From assembly GCA_040755995.1 (NCBI GenBank), contig JBFMAF010000023.1, positions 256,001-320,000 of the forward strand: a stretch of DNA of 64,000 nucleotides, written 5' to 3'. A program made the position numbers and the translations under genes. The notes under the pieces were generated by a model that was not told the DNA's origin, did no database searches, and saw nothing but the letters and a program-made list of their open reading frames with translations. Of this stretch, positions 28,801-38,724 are shown one piece after another. The DNA comes from Acidobacteriota bacterium. GTDB lineage: Bacteria > Acidobacteriota > CAIWXX01. Within the stretch, counting starts at the first letter, position 1, and every line of letters begins with the position of its first letter.

Positions 28801-30216
28801 TCACAGGTCCAGGCTCTTCTGCCGATCCCCCCCCATCCTGAGCCTGCGTAGATGAGAGAGCGCGGCCTTGCCGGCCGCGCGAATCAGCGAGAGGGGTTGC
28901 ACGCGGAGGATCTGGTTAGCCAGGATCAGTTGGGGATCAATGTTGTAGAGCAGGAGTTGCCTCTGGAGGAGTCGCGAGAGCTCCTGGCAGCTCAGGTGCC
29001 GCGTACGGACGTTGCACGTGAATCCGTCGTAGGCGGAGAAGTCCTTCTCGTTCGCGACCAGCCCGGCGCTTATGAGCTCGTCGCGCAAGGGGGTTTTCGG
29101 ATAGGGTGTGAGGTACTGGGCGTAGATGAGATCCGGCTTCAGCCTCATTATTAGCTTGAAACCGGCCACAATCGATTCCCTCGTATCATCGGGGTAGCCG
29201 AAGATGCATCCGGCGATGACCGCTATGCCGTGCTTTCTGAGGAGCTCTGCCGCCTTCGCGTTGAGATCCGGGGTCGTCGGTTTCTTGAGGTCCCGAAGCG
29301 CTGCCGGATCCATCGTCTCGAACCCTACGAAGACGAGCCGGAACCTGGCGCGTTTCATGTCGCGCACCAGCTCCGGGTTACGGGCGATCCCCACGGCCGT
29401 CATTTGGGTTGTGTACCACATGCTGTTGAGTCGGTGATCGATGATCGCGCGGCACACCTTCGCAAAGTGATCGGGATCGTGCGTAATGTTGTCGTCGGCG
29501 AAAAAAACGGCGCGAGTGCCACGGGCCTTGACGGCCTCCAGGTCCGTGACTATGCGGGCTATCGGGAATGTCCTGAACTGGCTCCCGTACATCCGCGTGA
29601 TCGAGCAGAATCGGCAGAGATAGGGGCACCCGCGTGATGTTTCGGCGACATCCAGCTTGTTCCCCAGGATATGGTATCCGTCCGTCACGCGGCCGTCCCT
29701 GCGGGGCAGGGGCAGTCCATTCAGGGACGTCAGAGGCCTGTCCTCGTTGTGAGTCCACCGGCCGTCCTCGCTCTTGAAGCTCAATCCTCTGATGCTGCCG
29801 AAGTCCGCGCGGGGATTCTGCAGGCCGTCGACCAGCTCCCGGAGGGTGATTTCCCCTTCGCCGCGCACGACGAAATCCAGCAGGTCCGCGTCCATTTCGT
29901 CGGCCATCAGTGAGGGGTGGTAGCCTCCGGCGACAATGCGGATGGCCGGATCGACGCCGCGGATGAAGCGCGCGACGCGCAGGAGGCTGTCGTACTGGAA
30001 GGTCATCGCGCTGACTCCGACGACCTCAGGCCGGAAGTCACGCAGCAGCTTCTCGAGGTGCCGTCGCACGCGTGGCTTGACCGTCACCAGGTCGAAAACC
30101 TTCACATCATGTCCGGCGAGGTTGCCGGCCAGCGACACGAGAGCCAGGTTCGGCATCCTGGAGTAGTAATCGATGAGGCTGACGGTATCGGGCATGGCCA
30201 GCAAGAGAATCCTCAC
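28801..30216 (-). CDS. B12-binding radical SAM protein
   Basis: N-terminal Rossmann-like domain (GGYHPS, VRGEGE), SRGCPYLCRFC, FADDN, VGFE. Confidence 0.9.
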   Translation of the reverse strand: MRILLLAMPDTVSLIDYYSRMPNLALVSLAGNLAGHDVKVFDLVTVKPRVRRHLEKLLRDFRPEVVGVSAMTFQYDSLLRVARFIRGVDPAIRIVAGGYHPSLMADEMDADLLDFVVRGEGEITLRELVDGLQNPRADFGSIRGLSFKSEDGRWTHNEDRPLTSLNGLPLPRRDGRVTDGYHILGNKLDVAETSRGCPYLCRFCSITRMYGSQFRTFPIARIVTDLEAVKARGTRAVFFADDNITHDPDHFAKVCRAIIDHRLNSMWYTTQMTAVGIARNPELVRDMKRARFRLVFVGFETMDPAALRDLKKPTTPDLNAKAAELLRKHGIAVIAGCIFGYPDDTRESIVAGFKLIMRLKPDLIYAQYLTPYPKTPLRDELISAGLVANEKDFSAYDGFTCNVRTRHLSCQELSRLLQRQLLLYNIDPQLILANQILRVQPLSLIRAAGKAALSHLRRLRMGGDRQKSLDL

Positions 30217-30307
30217 GAATTGCCCTCCCCGGCCGTTCCGGGCGAATCGCCAGCGACGGTTACCGAAGTACTGCCCATCTCATGCCGTGCCATGCCCTCT
30301 CTTGGAG

Positions 30308-30336
30308 AGTATGTTTTCCCCTCCGAGTCATGTCAA
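30308..30336 (-). promoter_or_regulatory. Sigma70-like promoter
   Basis: TTGACA-N17-CATACT on the minus strand. Confidence 0.5.
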
Positions 30337-30491
30337 GGGAATTGTCCTCGCCGGGCGCGTAGCAGTTCTGGGGGCGCAGTCAGACAGTCAGGACGGCGAG
30401 CTCGATATGCTATACTCGGCCATGGGCATGATCGTGGTGGTCTTCATCCGCCGAGAGATTACCACGATAGTCCCGGCGCTCCGCGCTCGAT

Positions 30492-31625
30492 ATGTTTTCG
30501 CGATCGAAACCGACTGAAGTGATGATTGGAGTGAGGAAGGTGCGGAGTCCAGCCGACCTCCGGCTCTTTGTCAACCTTCCTTATCGGAAGTATGACGGCC
30601 ATCCGCACTGGATCCCACCGTTGCGTCTCCAAGAGCGCGCTCTGCTGAACCGGAAGCGTCACCCATTCTACAGGCACGCCATGGCCGACCTCTTCATTGC
30701 AGACGGAAACCGGGGCGCTGCCGGGCGAATAGCCTGCATTCAGGATTCCCGCCAGCATGAGTTGACCGGGCGGCGGACGGCGTCGTTTGGCTTCTTCGAA
30801 GCCGCCGACAAGGAGACGGCCCGGACGCTGCTCGATGCTGCGGAAGCGTGGGCGAAGGAGCGGGAATGCCAATCTCTCGTGGGACCGCTCAATCCCAGCC
30901 TCAACTACACCGCGGGGCTCCTGGTGGACGGGTTTTGCGAAGCGCCTTTCGTGCAAATGCCATACAATCCACCCGAGTATGCCGATTTCATCGAGGCTGC
31001 CGGCTTCCACAAGATCCGGGATCTCTACGCGTGGATCTGGGACATGAGAGTAGACCTCGGCGAGCAGATCCCACGGCTGGCGGAGTGGGGCCGGGACAGG
31101 TGCGAAATCAGAGAGGCACGGCCGAAGACACTCGCGGCGGATCTGAGAATTGTCCATGACATCTACAGCCAGGCCTGGGCGGGCAACTGGGGGTTTGTCG
31201 CGCCAAGCGCTGAGGAAGCGGCCGAAATCGCCGCTGAGATGAGCGCGGTTCTGGATCCGAAAGGAATCCTGTTTGCGATCGTCGACGGGCGGGCCGTGGG
31301 ATGCGCATTGCTCGTGCCAGACATCAACCAGGTTCTCAAGGGTACCCGCGGGCGGCTCAGCCTCCGCACGCTCTACCGGTTCTTCCGGCGCAAGCGGATC
31401 ATCGATCAGGGCCGGCTGGCTCTCCTAGGAATCGTCCCCGGGTACCGGCACCCGGGCCTCTACCCGCTCCTCCTCCTGGAGATCCACGCGCGGGCCAAGA
31501 GGGCAGGATACCGCCGGGTCGAGTTTTCCTGGATACTCGACAACAACCGCGACATTAACCGGCCTGCTGAGGAGATGGGATGCGTCCGGTACAAGACCTA
31601 TCGTCTGTACGCGAAGGATCTATGA
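30492..31625 (+). CDS. Double-GNAT N-acyltransferase of the bacterial ceramide synthase (bCerS)-like family
   Basis: LPY..Y...P.WIPPL, GRIA, FGFFEA, GPLNP, GLLVDGF, MPYNPPEY, NWGFV, SWILDNN, YKTYRLY. Confidence 0.8.
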   Translation: MFSRSKPTEVMIGVRKVRSPADLRLFVNLPYRKYDGHPHWIPPLRLQERALLNRKRHPFYRHAMADLFIADGNRGAAGRIACIQDSRQHELTGRRTASFGFFEAADKETARTLLDAAEAWAKERECQSLVGPLNPSLNYTAGLLVDGFCEAPFVQMPYNPPEYADFIEAAGFHKIRDLYAWIWDMRVDLGEQIPRLAEWGRDRCEIREARPKTLAADLRIVHDIYSQAWAGNWGFVAPSAEEAAEIAAEMSAVLDPKGILFAIVDGRAVGCALLVPDINQVLKGTRGRLSLRTLYRFFRRKRIIDQGRLALLGIVPGYRHPGLYPLLLLEIHARAKRAGYRRVEFSWILDNNRDINRPAEEMGCVRYKTYRLYAKDL

Positions 31626-33226
31626 GCAGCCGTCAGAATGCGCGCCTCATGGCACTACTCATCTACCCCGAATTCTCCCCTTATAGCTTCTGGAATTACA
31701 AGGAAGTCTGCCGGTTGGTCGGTGCCAAGTACCCCGCGGCCCCTCTCGGACTGATCACGCTCGCCGCCCTTCTCCCGGAGTCCTGGCAGATGAAGCTCGT
31801 CGACATGAACACGACCGAGCTGCGTGACTCCGACATCGATGAGGCGGACCTGGTCTTCATCGGAGGCATGCTGCCCCAACAGGCGAATTTCTTGAGACTG
31901 ATCGACCGGGTACACGGGCGAGGAAAGAAGGTGGTCGCCGGCGGCCCCGACCCCACTTCCCAGCCGGAAATCTACCGTAGATCGGACTATCTCGTCCTGG
32001 GCGAGGTCGAAGACTCCATTGCATCGTTCCTCAAGGACCTGGAATCGGGAGTGGAACGCGGCGTCTACTTGCCAGGCGAGACTCGCCCCGACATGACCCG
32101 AAGTCCCGTTCCCAGGTTTGATCTGCTCGATTTGAAGGCCTACCTGATGATCGGGATCCAGGTCACCCGCGGCTGTCCGTTCAACTGCGAGTTCTGCGAC
32201 ATAATCGAGCTCTACGGCCGGGTTCCGCGGCTGAAGACTCCGGAGCAGGTCGTCGCCGAACTGGACGCCCTGTACACGCTGCGCTACAGGGGCCTCGTCG
32301 ATCTCGTTGATGACAATTTCATAGGCAACAAGAGACAGATTAAGGAAGTACTTCGAGCCGTCGGAGAATGGTCGGCGGCTCGCGGGTATCCGTTCTTCTT
32401 CTGTACGCAGGCCTCTATCAACATCGCCGACGACGAGGAGCTCCTCGATCTGATGCGCGACGTGGACTTCCGGTACGTGTTCATAGGTATCGAGTCCGCC
32501 GACGAGGAGGTCCTCGCGTTCACCAAGAAGAGCACGAATCTCCGCCGCGCGATATCCGAGGATCTGCTGGAGCTCTACCAACACGGGATCGTCGTGAACG
32601 GCGGATTCATCATCGGCTTCGACGGCGAAACCCCCGCCTCGGCGAGATCTATTCGGGACACCATAGACCGCGGAAGGATATGCATGGCCATGATCGGCCT
32701 GCTGTACGCTTTGCCCGGCACACAGCTGACCAGGAGGCTGGCGAGGGAAGGCCGACTATTCGAGAAAGAAAGCCGGATGGGTCCGGGCGACGACACAGCT
32801 ATCGACCAGACGACGTCCGGGCTCAATTTCGTCACCAAGAGAGACAGGGCGGAGATCTACGAAGACTACAAGTATGTCCTGAACCAGGTGTACGCGCCGA
32901 AGAGCTATTTCGACCGAAGTATGAGGCTCTGCCGTGTGTTGAACAGAAAGGCCAAGCACAAGCTGTCCTGGCCGGAGAAGCTGAGGGCGGCACGGGCTTT
33001 CATTCGGCTGGTCCTGAAGCTCGGGCTGAAGCCGGTGACGGCATACTACTTCTGGAGGAACATCATTCTCACGTTGCTCCTACACCCGTCGTCCGTTGAA
33101 GAGCTGGCGAACCTCATGGCCATGTACATTCATTTCCGCAAGCAGACGGACAATACGCTGAAAACGACCGCCTCGCTGTCGAGGACGCAGCCGGGAGTCA
33201 GCCGGCAAGCCTCGCTAGCCCCTTAA
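31622..33226 (+). CDS. B12-binding radical SAM protein (DUF4070/HpnP-like family)
   Basis: PLGLITLAALLP, GGPDPT, TRGCPFNCEFC, DDNFIGNK; ATGA overlap with the upstream GNAT gene. Confidence 0.9.
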   Translation: MSSRQNARLMALLIYPEFSPYSFWNYKEVCRLVGAKYPAAPLGLITLAALLPESWQMKLVDMNTTELRDSDIDEADLVFIGGMLPQQANFLRLIDRVHGRGKKVVAGGPDPTSQPEIYRRSDYLVLGEVEDSIASFLKDLESGVERGVYLPGETRPDMTRSPVPRFDLLDLKAYLMIGIQVTRGCPFNCEFCDIIELYGRVPRLKTPEQVVAELDALYTLRYRGLVDLVDDNFIGNKRQIKEVLRAVGEWSAARGYPFFFCTQASINIADDEELLDLMRDVDFRYVFIGIESADEEVLAFTKKSTNLRRAISEDLLELYQHGIVVNGGFIIGFDGETPASARSIRDTIDRGRICMAMIGLLYALPGTQLTRRLAREGRLFEKESRMGPGDDTAIDQTTSGLNFVTKRDRAEIYEDYKYVLNQVYAPKSYFDRSMRLCRVLNRKAKHKLSWPEKLRAARAFIRLVLKLGLKPVTAYYFWRNIILTLLLHPSSVEELANLMAMYIHFRKQTDNTLKTTASLSRTQPGVSRQASLAP

Positions 33227-33379
33227 TGCCCGGCAAGAGACAACATGCTGCCGGCCGGTGATGCGCAGCGTCCGGGGACGAAGCGTGTCCCATTTCGGAT
33301 TTCGAATTTCGGATCGCGGATTTCGACCCGAACGCCGCCTGCTTGGTGCGAATCCGTAATCGGAATTCGCATATCCGAT

Positions 33380-33459
33380 CTGCCTACTCTCCACTCTCTA
33401 CGCGAGGCGCGGCGAAGACGGCCTCGCATGCTTGATCGATCCGAGGCCGCGCCTCGCTA
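33380..33459 (-). repeat. Stop-codon-anchored intergenic repeat, copy C (palindromic half only)
   Basis: Begins at the TAG of 33457-34743. Confidence 0.8.
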
Positions 33460-34743
33460 ATAGGCCACGGGCAGCTGAGGTACTGACTCCGTCTCGCGCT
33501 CGACCTCCTTCTCCACGTCGGGGTGCTCCAACCGGCGCGGCACGGTGTGCACGAACCGTCCGTACTTGATCTTCTCCTCGAGCCGGCAGGACCAGACCAG
33601 CTCCCCGTCGTGAACGGTGATATCCGGACAGCTGTCGCACATGTTCTGCATGCCGTCATCCAGGACGTCGATCGGTTGGATGATCATGATCGACTGGTAG
33701 TGGAGGCGCCTGAAGAGATTGATCGGGTTGCGCAGCACTGCACCAAACCAGCGATTGCAGATGTCCCTTGTCTGGCGGTCGTAGAGTGATGCCCAGAGCA
33801 TGCCGCGTCCGCGACGGTGGACCTTGGGATCCGTGTACCCCAGGTAGCGGCCGTGCTTGAGGTGGTGGAAGGTCTGGGCCACCTCCATGAACCGCGGCCC
33901 GACGTAGCCATAGATGCGTTCGGCCGTGCCTATGCGGCCTGAGAGAAGCCACTTGAACGAATCCGGTTTGTGCGTGCCGTTTAGATAAGCGGCGCTGTCG
34001 AAATCGCTGAAGCGATCCCGGATCTTTTCGTAGATGTCGGTGGACTTGATCTCGAGAGGCCGGCCCTCCGGCCTGATGTACGGCAGGCCCTCGGGGGCCA
34101 CCCTGTCGGCGCCGGCATAGCAATCGAAACGCCCGTCTATGGCGGCCGAACGAAAAGCGATGAAGACCATCAGGTGCACGAGGTCGATGTGCTTCTGCGC
34201 CCAGCCCACCAGATCGGGGACGGAGTCCAGGGTGCCGGGATACACCGTGGAGTTGAAGGCGCAGGTAAGGCCGCCCTCGCGGGCGAGCATTTCGGCGAAT
34301 TGCAGGCGCAGCTCGCACAGCTCGATTTCGCTCCTCCCTTTCCAGGACGGGCGGTGCTGGTAGCTGTCCACGTGAAAGGTGAAGCCTCTGGCACCCGCCT
34401 GCTTGAGGTCTCGCAGGAGCTCCTGGGTGAGCGCCATGCCGTTGGTGTTGATGATCGGCTTGAGACCCCGTTGGGCGATCATACGGGTGACCTCGGCGCA
34501 CTGCGGGTGCGTCAGAGGATCTCCGCCTGCAACCGAAACGCCATCGGTGATTCGCAAACGCTCGAACACGTCCAGTTCCTCGGAGATCTGCTGCAGTGTC
34601 TTGTGGCCTTGCGGATGGTTGATGCGGTAGCAGCCGTCGCAATACATGTTGCATTTCGAAGTAGGCTCGAGCCATGCGATCGCGTTGTCTGTGAGGCTCC
34701 AGGGAAGCCGGTAGTAGTTCCGCGGTTCGAGTTTCACTGCCAT
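33457..34743 (-). CDS. Radical SAM protein with additional C-terminal cysteines
   Basis: CNMYCDGC, GGDPL.HP, NTNG, C-terminal MCDSCPD...WSCRLEE. Confidence 0.88.
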   Translation of the reverse strand: MAVKLEPRNYYRLPWSLTDNAIAWLEPTSKCNMYCDGCYRINHPQGHKTLQQISEELDVFERLRITDGVSVAGGDPLTHPQCAEVTRMIAQRGLKPIINTNGMALTQELLRDLKQAGARGFTFHVDSYQHRPSWKGRSEIELCELRLQFAEMLAREGGLTCAFNSTVYPGTLDSVPDLVGWAQKHIDLVHLMVFIAFRSAAIDGRFDCYAGADRVAPEGLPYIRPEGRPLEIKSTDIYEKIRDRFSDFDSAAYLNGTHKPDSFKWLLSGRIGTAERIYGYVGPRFMEVAQTFHHLKHGRYLGYTDPKVHRRGRGMLWASLYDRQTRDICNRWFGAVLRNPINLFRRLHYQSIMIIQPIDVLDDGMQNMCDSCPDITVHDGELVWSCRLEEKIKYGRFVHTVPRRLEHPDVEKEVERETESVPQLPVAY

Positions 34744-34787
34744 GCGTCCCCCTTGCGGCCGCCCACCAGCGGTTGACCTGAGCATAG

Positions 34788-34962
34788 ACCTTAGCGGTGC
34801 GGCCCGGCAGTGTCAAGCCGAAGTTGAATCGACGATTCGACCATCCGTATCAAGGCAGACGAGGTGCTGGGTGGTGTGAGTTGCCCACCGACAGACCGAC
34901 GCCGGGCGCGACGATAGCGACGATAGGCGCGTGTTGACACCTCGAGTCGTGGATGCTACGTT
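34788..34962. promoter_or_regulatory. Divergent sigma70-like promoter pair
   Basis: Minus: TTGACA(34816-34811)-N17-TAAGGT. Plus: TTGACA(34934)-N17-TACGTT with extended TGn. Confidence 0.55.
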
Positions 34963-35026
34963 GCGTCAAGGGGTCTTTCGACATGGCGATGCGATGGTAG
35001 CGTTCACAGGCTCAGGGAGGAACCCC

Positions 35027-36847
35027 GTGCCGAAGATCACGAGGGTGCCGGTCGCCCTCCTCACGAATCCCGATCCCATTCAGCTACATTCGAACACTCT
35101 GATCGAGATGTTGGAGCACGGGTCCGGGACCGGATCTGTTCCATTGACCTTTCTTGAATCCAGCAGCCAGGAGGTACACCGGACCCACGACGACCTCCTG
35201 TGTGGTGCACGCATCGTCGCTACATACTTGAGGAACCGGGGGCTCAGAAAGGGCGACAAGGTCGTCATCCTACTGATGACCTCCCGGCACTTCACGGACA
35301 GCTTCTTCGGCACAATCCTGGCCGGAGGAATACCCGTGCCGACGAGCCCGCCGTTGACCTTTGGAGACATCGGCAAGTACATTGCCAACCTGACCCACAT
35401 CGTGAATAACTCCGAGGCCCGCTTCATGATTGCGTTCCCGAGAATCAGAAGATTGCTCGGGACAGTCCTGGCCTCAGCAAGTAACCTCAAGGAGCTCATC
35501 CTGGCCAAGGAGATCAAGCCGGAGGCCCCACTGGTTCCAGGCTTCCCGTCTCTGGACGGCCAGGATCCCGCATTCATCCAGTACACCTCGGGGACCACCG
35601 GCATGCCCAAGGGCGTGGTTCTCACGCACCGGGCAGTGCTGTCCAACGTCTACGGCATCGTCCGTGGGATCGATTGCCGTCCCACGGACTCGTCGGTGAG
35701 CTGGCTCCCCTTGTTCCACGACATGGGTCTGATCGGTGGAATGATGACGGCGCTCTACACCGGCGCGCACCTTTACGCCATGGCCCCTGAGTCCTTCGTG
35801 ATGAACCCGATCGCCTGGCTCAAGAACCTGACCAGGTACCGGGCCACGATCGCGGTCGCGCCCAACTTCGCCTACCGCCTGCTCGCCAACCGGGTTCGCA
35901 CCGAAGAGCTCCAGTCGCTGGATCTGAGCTCGCTCAAGGTGGCGCTCAACGGGGCGGAGCCCGTCGATCTCCAGACATTGAAGGTCTTCGAAGATCGGTT
36001 CGAGTGCGTGGGCTTCCGGCCCAACGTGAGCTTCCCGGTCTACGGTCTTGCCGAGAACTGCCTGGCCGCCACGTTCCCCGTACTCGGAACGCGCTTCGAG
36101 GTCGAGCCCATGGACCGATCCTGCCTGGAGATCGACGGAAAGGCGGTCGAGGCCCATGCCGGTGATCGTTCTCCGTTCCAGGCTATCAGCGTGGGCGCTC
36201 CAGTGGCCGGTCAGCAGGTCGCCGTGAAGGCACCGGGTGGTGGCTTCGCCCAGGAGCGGGAGGTGGGCGAGGTCCTTATCAAGGGTCCCTCGCTCATGAC
36301 GGGCTACTACCGAAACGAGGGAGAGACCGCGCGGGTGTTCAACGACGGCTGGCTGTCGACGGGAGACCTGGGGTTCATCTTACGGGGACGCCTGTTCATT
36401 ACGGGACGGGCCAAGGAGATAATCATCAAGCGCGGCCGCAACTACTACCCGTACGACATCGAGCGGGCCGCCGCGCGCGTCAAGGGGGTACGCAAGGGTT
36501 GCCTGGTGGCCTTCGCCAGCCCCAACCCGGAAGCCGGAACCGAAGACATCGTGCTGATGGCTGAGACCTCACAGACCGACCCGTTCCACAGGCGGAGGAT
36601 CGAGCATCAGATGGCCGCGGAGGTGCTCTCGGACATTGGGGTGAAGCCGGACCGGATACACCTGATCCCGCCCCGGACGATCCCCAAGACCTCCAGCGGC
36701 AAGCTGCAGCGCCTCCTCTGCCGACAGCGCTACCACGATGGCTCCTTGTTGAAGAGCCGCTCCCAGCAGTGGCTGACTCCTCTCATGGCACTCGTCTCCT
36801 CCTTCGTAGGGCACCAACGCTTCCGTCTGCGAGCTCGCGACCTGTAG
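35027..36847 (+). CDS. Fatty acyl-AMP ligase (FAAL)
   Basis: QYTSGTTGMPKG, SWLPLFHDMGLIG, PNFAY, NGAEP, YGLAE, TGDLG, PKTSSGKLQR; GGGAGG RBS before GTG 35027. Confidence 0.92.
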   Translation: MPKITRVPVALLTNPDPIQLHSNTLIEMLEHGSGTGSVPLTFLESSSQEVHRTHDDLLCGARIVATYLRNRGLRKGDKVVILLMTSRHFTDSFFGTILAGGIPVPTSPPLTFGDIGKYIANLTHIVNNSEARFMIAFPRIRRLLGTVLASASNLKELILAKEIKPEAPLVPGFPSLDGQDPAFIQYTSGTTGMPKGVVLTHRAVLSNVYGIVRGIDCRPTDSSVSWLPLFHDMGLIGGMMTALYTGAHLYAMAPESFVMNPIAWLKNLTRYRATIAVAPNFAYRLLANRVRTEELQSLDLSSLKVALNGAEPVDLQTLKVFEDRFECVGFRPNVSFPVYGLAENCLAATFPVLGTRFEVEPMDRSCLEIDGKAVEAHAGDRSPFQAISVGAPVAGQQVAVKAPGGGFAQEREVGEVLIKGPSLMTGYYRNEGETARVFNDGWLSTGDLGFILRGRLFITGRAKEIIIKRGRNYYPYDIERAAARVKGVRKGCLVAFASPNPEAGTEDIVLMAETSQTDPFHRRRIEHQMAAEVLSDIGVKPDRIHLIPPRTIPKTSSGKLQRLLCRQRYHDGSLLKSRSQQWLTPLMALVSSFVGHQRFRLRARDL

Positions 36848-36859
36848 CAGGAGCAACCG

Positions 36860-37126
36860 TTGCAGGACGTCTCCGAGCAGCTGATACGAAACGATCTGGT
36901 CGATATCCTGTGCAAGCTGGCTAGCCTGGAGGCCCAGCAGATTCGTAGCGAGGACCGGCTGCGCGAGGACCTGGGGCTGGATTGCCTCCAGAGCATGGAG
37001 CTCCTCTCCCGGCTCTGCGACCGCTACCCGATCCACATCGAGGTAGAGGACATCGTGGACGTGCAGACGGTCGGAGACGTGGTGAAGCTGCTTTTCGAGG
37101 TCGTCAGCTCGGGCGGGAAGCAGTGA
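36860..37126 (+). CDS. Acyl carrier protein-like; Cys at the phosphopantetheine Ser position
   Basis: LREDLGLDCLQSMELL..TVGDVV; acidic, 88 aa, between FAAL and oxoamine synthase. Confidence 0.85.
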   Translation: MQDVSEQLIRNDLVDILCKLASLEAQQIRSEDRLREDLGLDCLQSMELLSRLCDRYPIHIEVEDIVDVQTVGDVVKLLFEVVSSGGKQ

Positions 37127-37218
37127 AGATCCCAGACCATGAGAGCTCGATGACAGCGCAGACGACTTCGGACTACAGTCGCTGAGTGCCGCCGGACCGG
37201 CGCGCTCAAGGAGTACCA

Positions 37219-38409
37219 ATGACGTACCGCGAGCACATCCAGGCCCGGCTAAGTATGATCCGGATGCTCGAGGCCTCCGGCCTCCAGACGTACTCCCGAG
37301 AGGTATCGTCGGGATGCGGGCCGACGATGGTGGTGGAGGGGAAGGAGTGCATCAACTTCATCTCCAACAGCTACTTGGGCTTCTCGATCCACCCAAAGGT
37401 GAAGGAGGCTGCGAGCCGGGCGATAGCCGCGTACGGAGTGGGCATGGGCGGCTCGCCGCTGGCCTGCGGCACTACTTCGATTCATCTGAAGCTGGCCGAG
37501 AGGATCGCCGCTAACTACGGTGTCGAGGCGGCTATGCTCTTCCCCTCGGGCTACCAGGCCCTGGCCGGGAGCATCCAGGCGCTCGCCGGTCGCGGGGATC
37601 TCGTGCTGGTCGACGCGCGGGTTCATCGCAGCGTCATCGATGGCTGCATGCTTTCGGGCGCCAAGATGCGCTCGTTCGTCCACAACGACACGGAGGACCT
37701 GGACCAGCTCGTCCAGAGCACGTCAAAGGAGAAGGGCCACAGGATGGTGGTCGTGGAATCTGTCTACTCCATGGATGGAGACATCGCCCCACTAACCAGG
37801 ATTACCCCGATCTGCCGGCCGACCGGGATCACGATCATGATCGACGAGGCCCACTCACTGGGAATCCTGGGCAAGCATGGCAAGGGGCTGCTCGAGCACT
37901 TCGACACACCCACGGGGGCCGACATTGTATGTGGGACCTTGAGCAAGTTCGCCGGGGCTGTGGGCGGGTTCGCAGCAGCCGAGCTGGATGTGATCCGGGC
38001 GCTCAAGCACTACTCCTCGCCATTCGTATTCTCGGCCTCGATTCCCCCTGCGATCGTGGCGGCGGCATACGCCTCGTTCGAGCTGCTGGAGAGCGAGCCT
38101 GAGTGGCATGCCCTGCTTTGGGAAAACGTTCGCACCATGCTCGACCGTCTCGCCTCCCTCGGCTTCGACACCGGCAAGTCCGAGACTCCGGTCATTCCAA
38201 TCATGATCCGCGACACCGAGAAGGTCTTGCGTATGAACCGCCGGTTGCTGGACCTGGGGATCTACGCCTCGCCGGTCGTCCACCCGGCGGTGCCACACAA
38301 GACGGCGCGGCTGCGGCTCGGGGTCATGGCCACCCACACCCGCGCACACCTGGATCGCGCGCTAAACACCTTCGCCGCGGTCGGCCGCGAATTCGAGCTC
38401 ATCCCGTAG
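37219..38409 (+). CDS. PLP-dependent alpha-oxoamine synthase (serine palmitoyltransferase-like)
   Basis: SNSYLG, ESVYSMDGD, DEAHSLG, GTLSK, FSASIPP, PAVP..ARLR; context FAAL-ACP. Confidence 0.85.
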   Translation: MTYREHIQARLSMIRMLEASGLQTYSREVSSGCGPTMVVEGKECINFISNSYLGFSIHPKVKEAASRAIAAYGVGMGGSPLACGTTSIHLKLAERIAANYGVEAAMLFPSGYQALAGSIQALAGRGDLVLVDARVHRSVIDGCMLSGAKMRSFVHNDTEDLDQLVQSTSKEKGHRMVVVESVYSMDGDIAPLTRITPICRPTGITIMIDEAHSLGILGKHGKGLLEHFDTPTGADIVCGTLSKFAGAVGGFAAAELDVIRALKHYSSPFVFSASIPPAIVAAAYASFELLESEPEWHALLWENVRTMLDRLASLGFDTGKSETPVIPIMIRDTEKVLRMNRRLLDLGIYASPVVHPAVPHKTARLRLGVMATHTRAHLDRALNTFAAVGREFELIP

Positions 38410-38724
38410 TGGAACGGGGCGGGCGAGGCCGGTCGGTATGGACCCGCTGTGTGGGATCCGGCCGCGAATGCGACGTGTCAAGAATCCAACCCCAGAACAA
38501 CCTCGCCACACATAGGACTAGTTGATGTGGCCCTCCATGATCACTACCGGTTGCGGATTCTCCGAAATCTCTTGACACGATCCGTCCGGAGGTGGTCGAA
38601 TGTGTGGAGATAGGGGGGCAATGTACTTTGCTGCCGGAGTCCGAGGGAGTAACTCCTACGCTGCACCGTATTCGGCATGCCCATTGAGATCGGCAACGGC
38701 TACAAGCATGAAGGGATGTGAGTG

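Noticed and set aside
31622..33226. Hopanoid methylase hpnP
   Set aside because: Family resemblance only; no squalene-hopene cyclase or other hpn genes in the window.
37219..38409. bioF or kbl assignment
   Set aside because: No bio or tdh genes nearby; the FAAL-ACP and bCerS-like context favours a lipid role, although the substrate is not provable from sequence.
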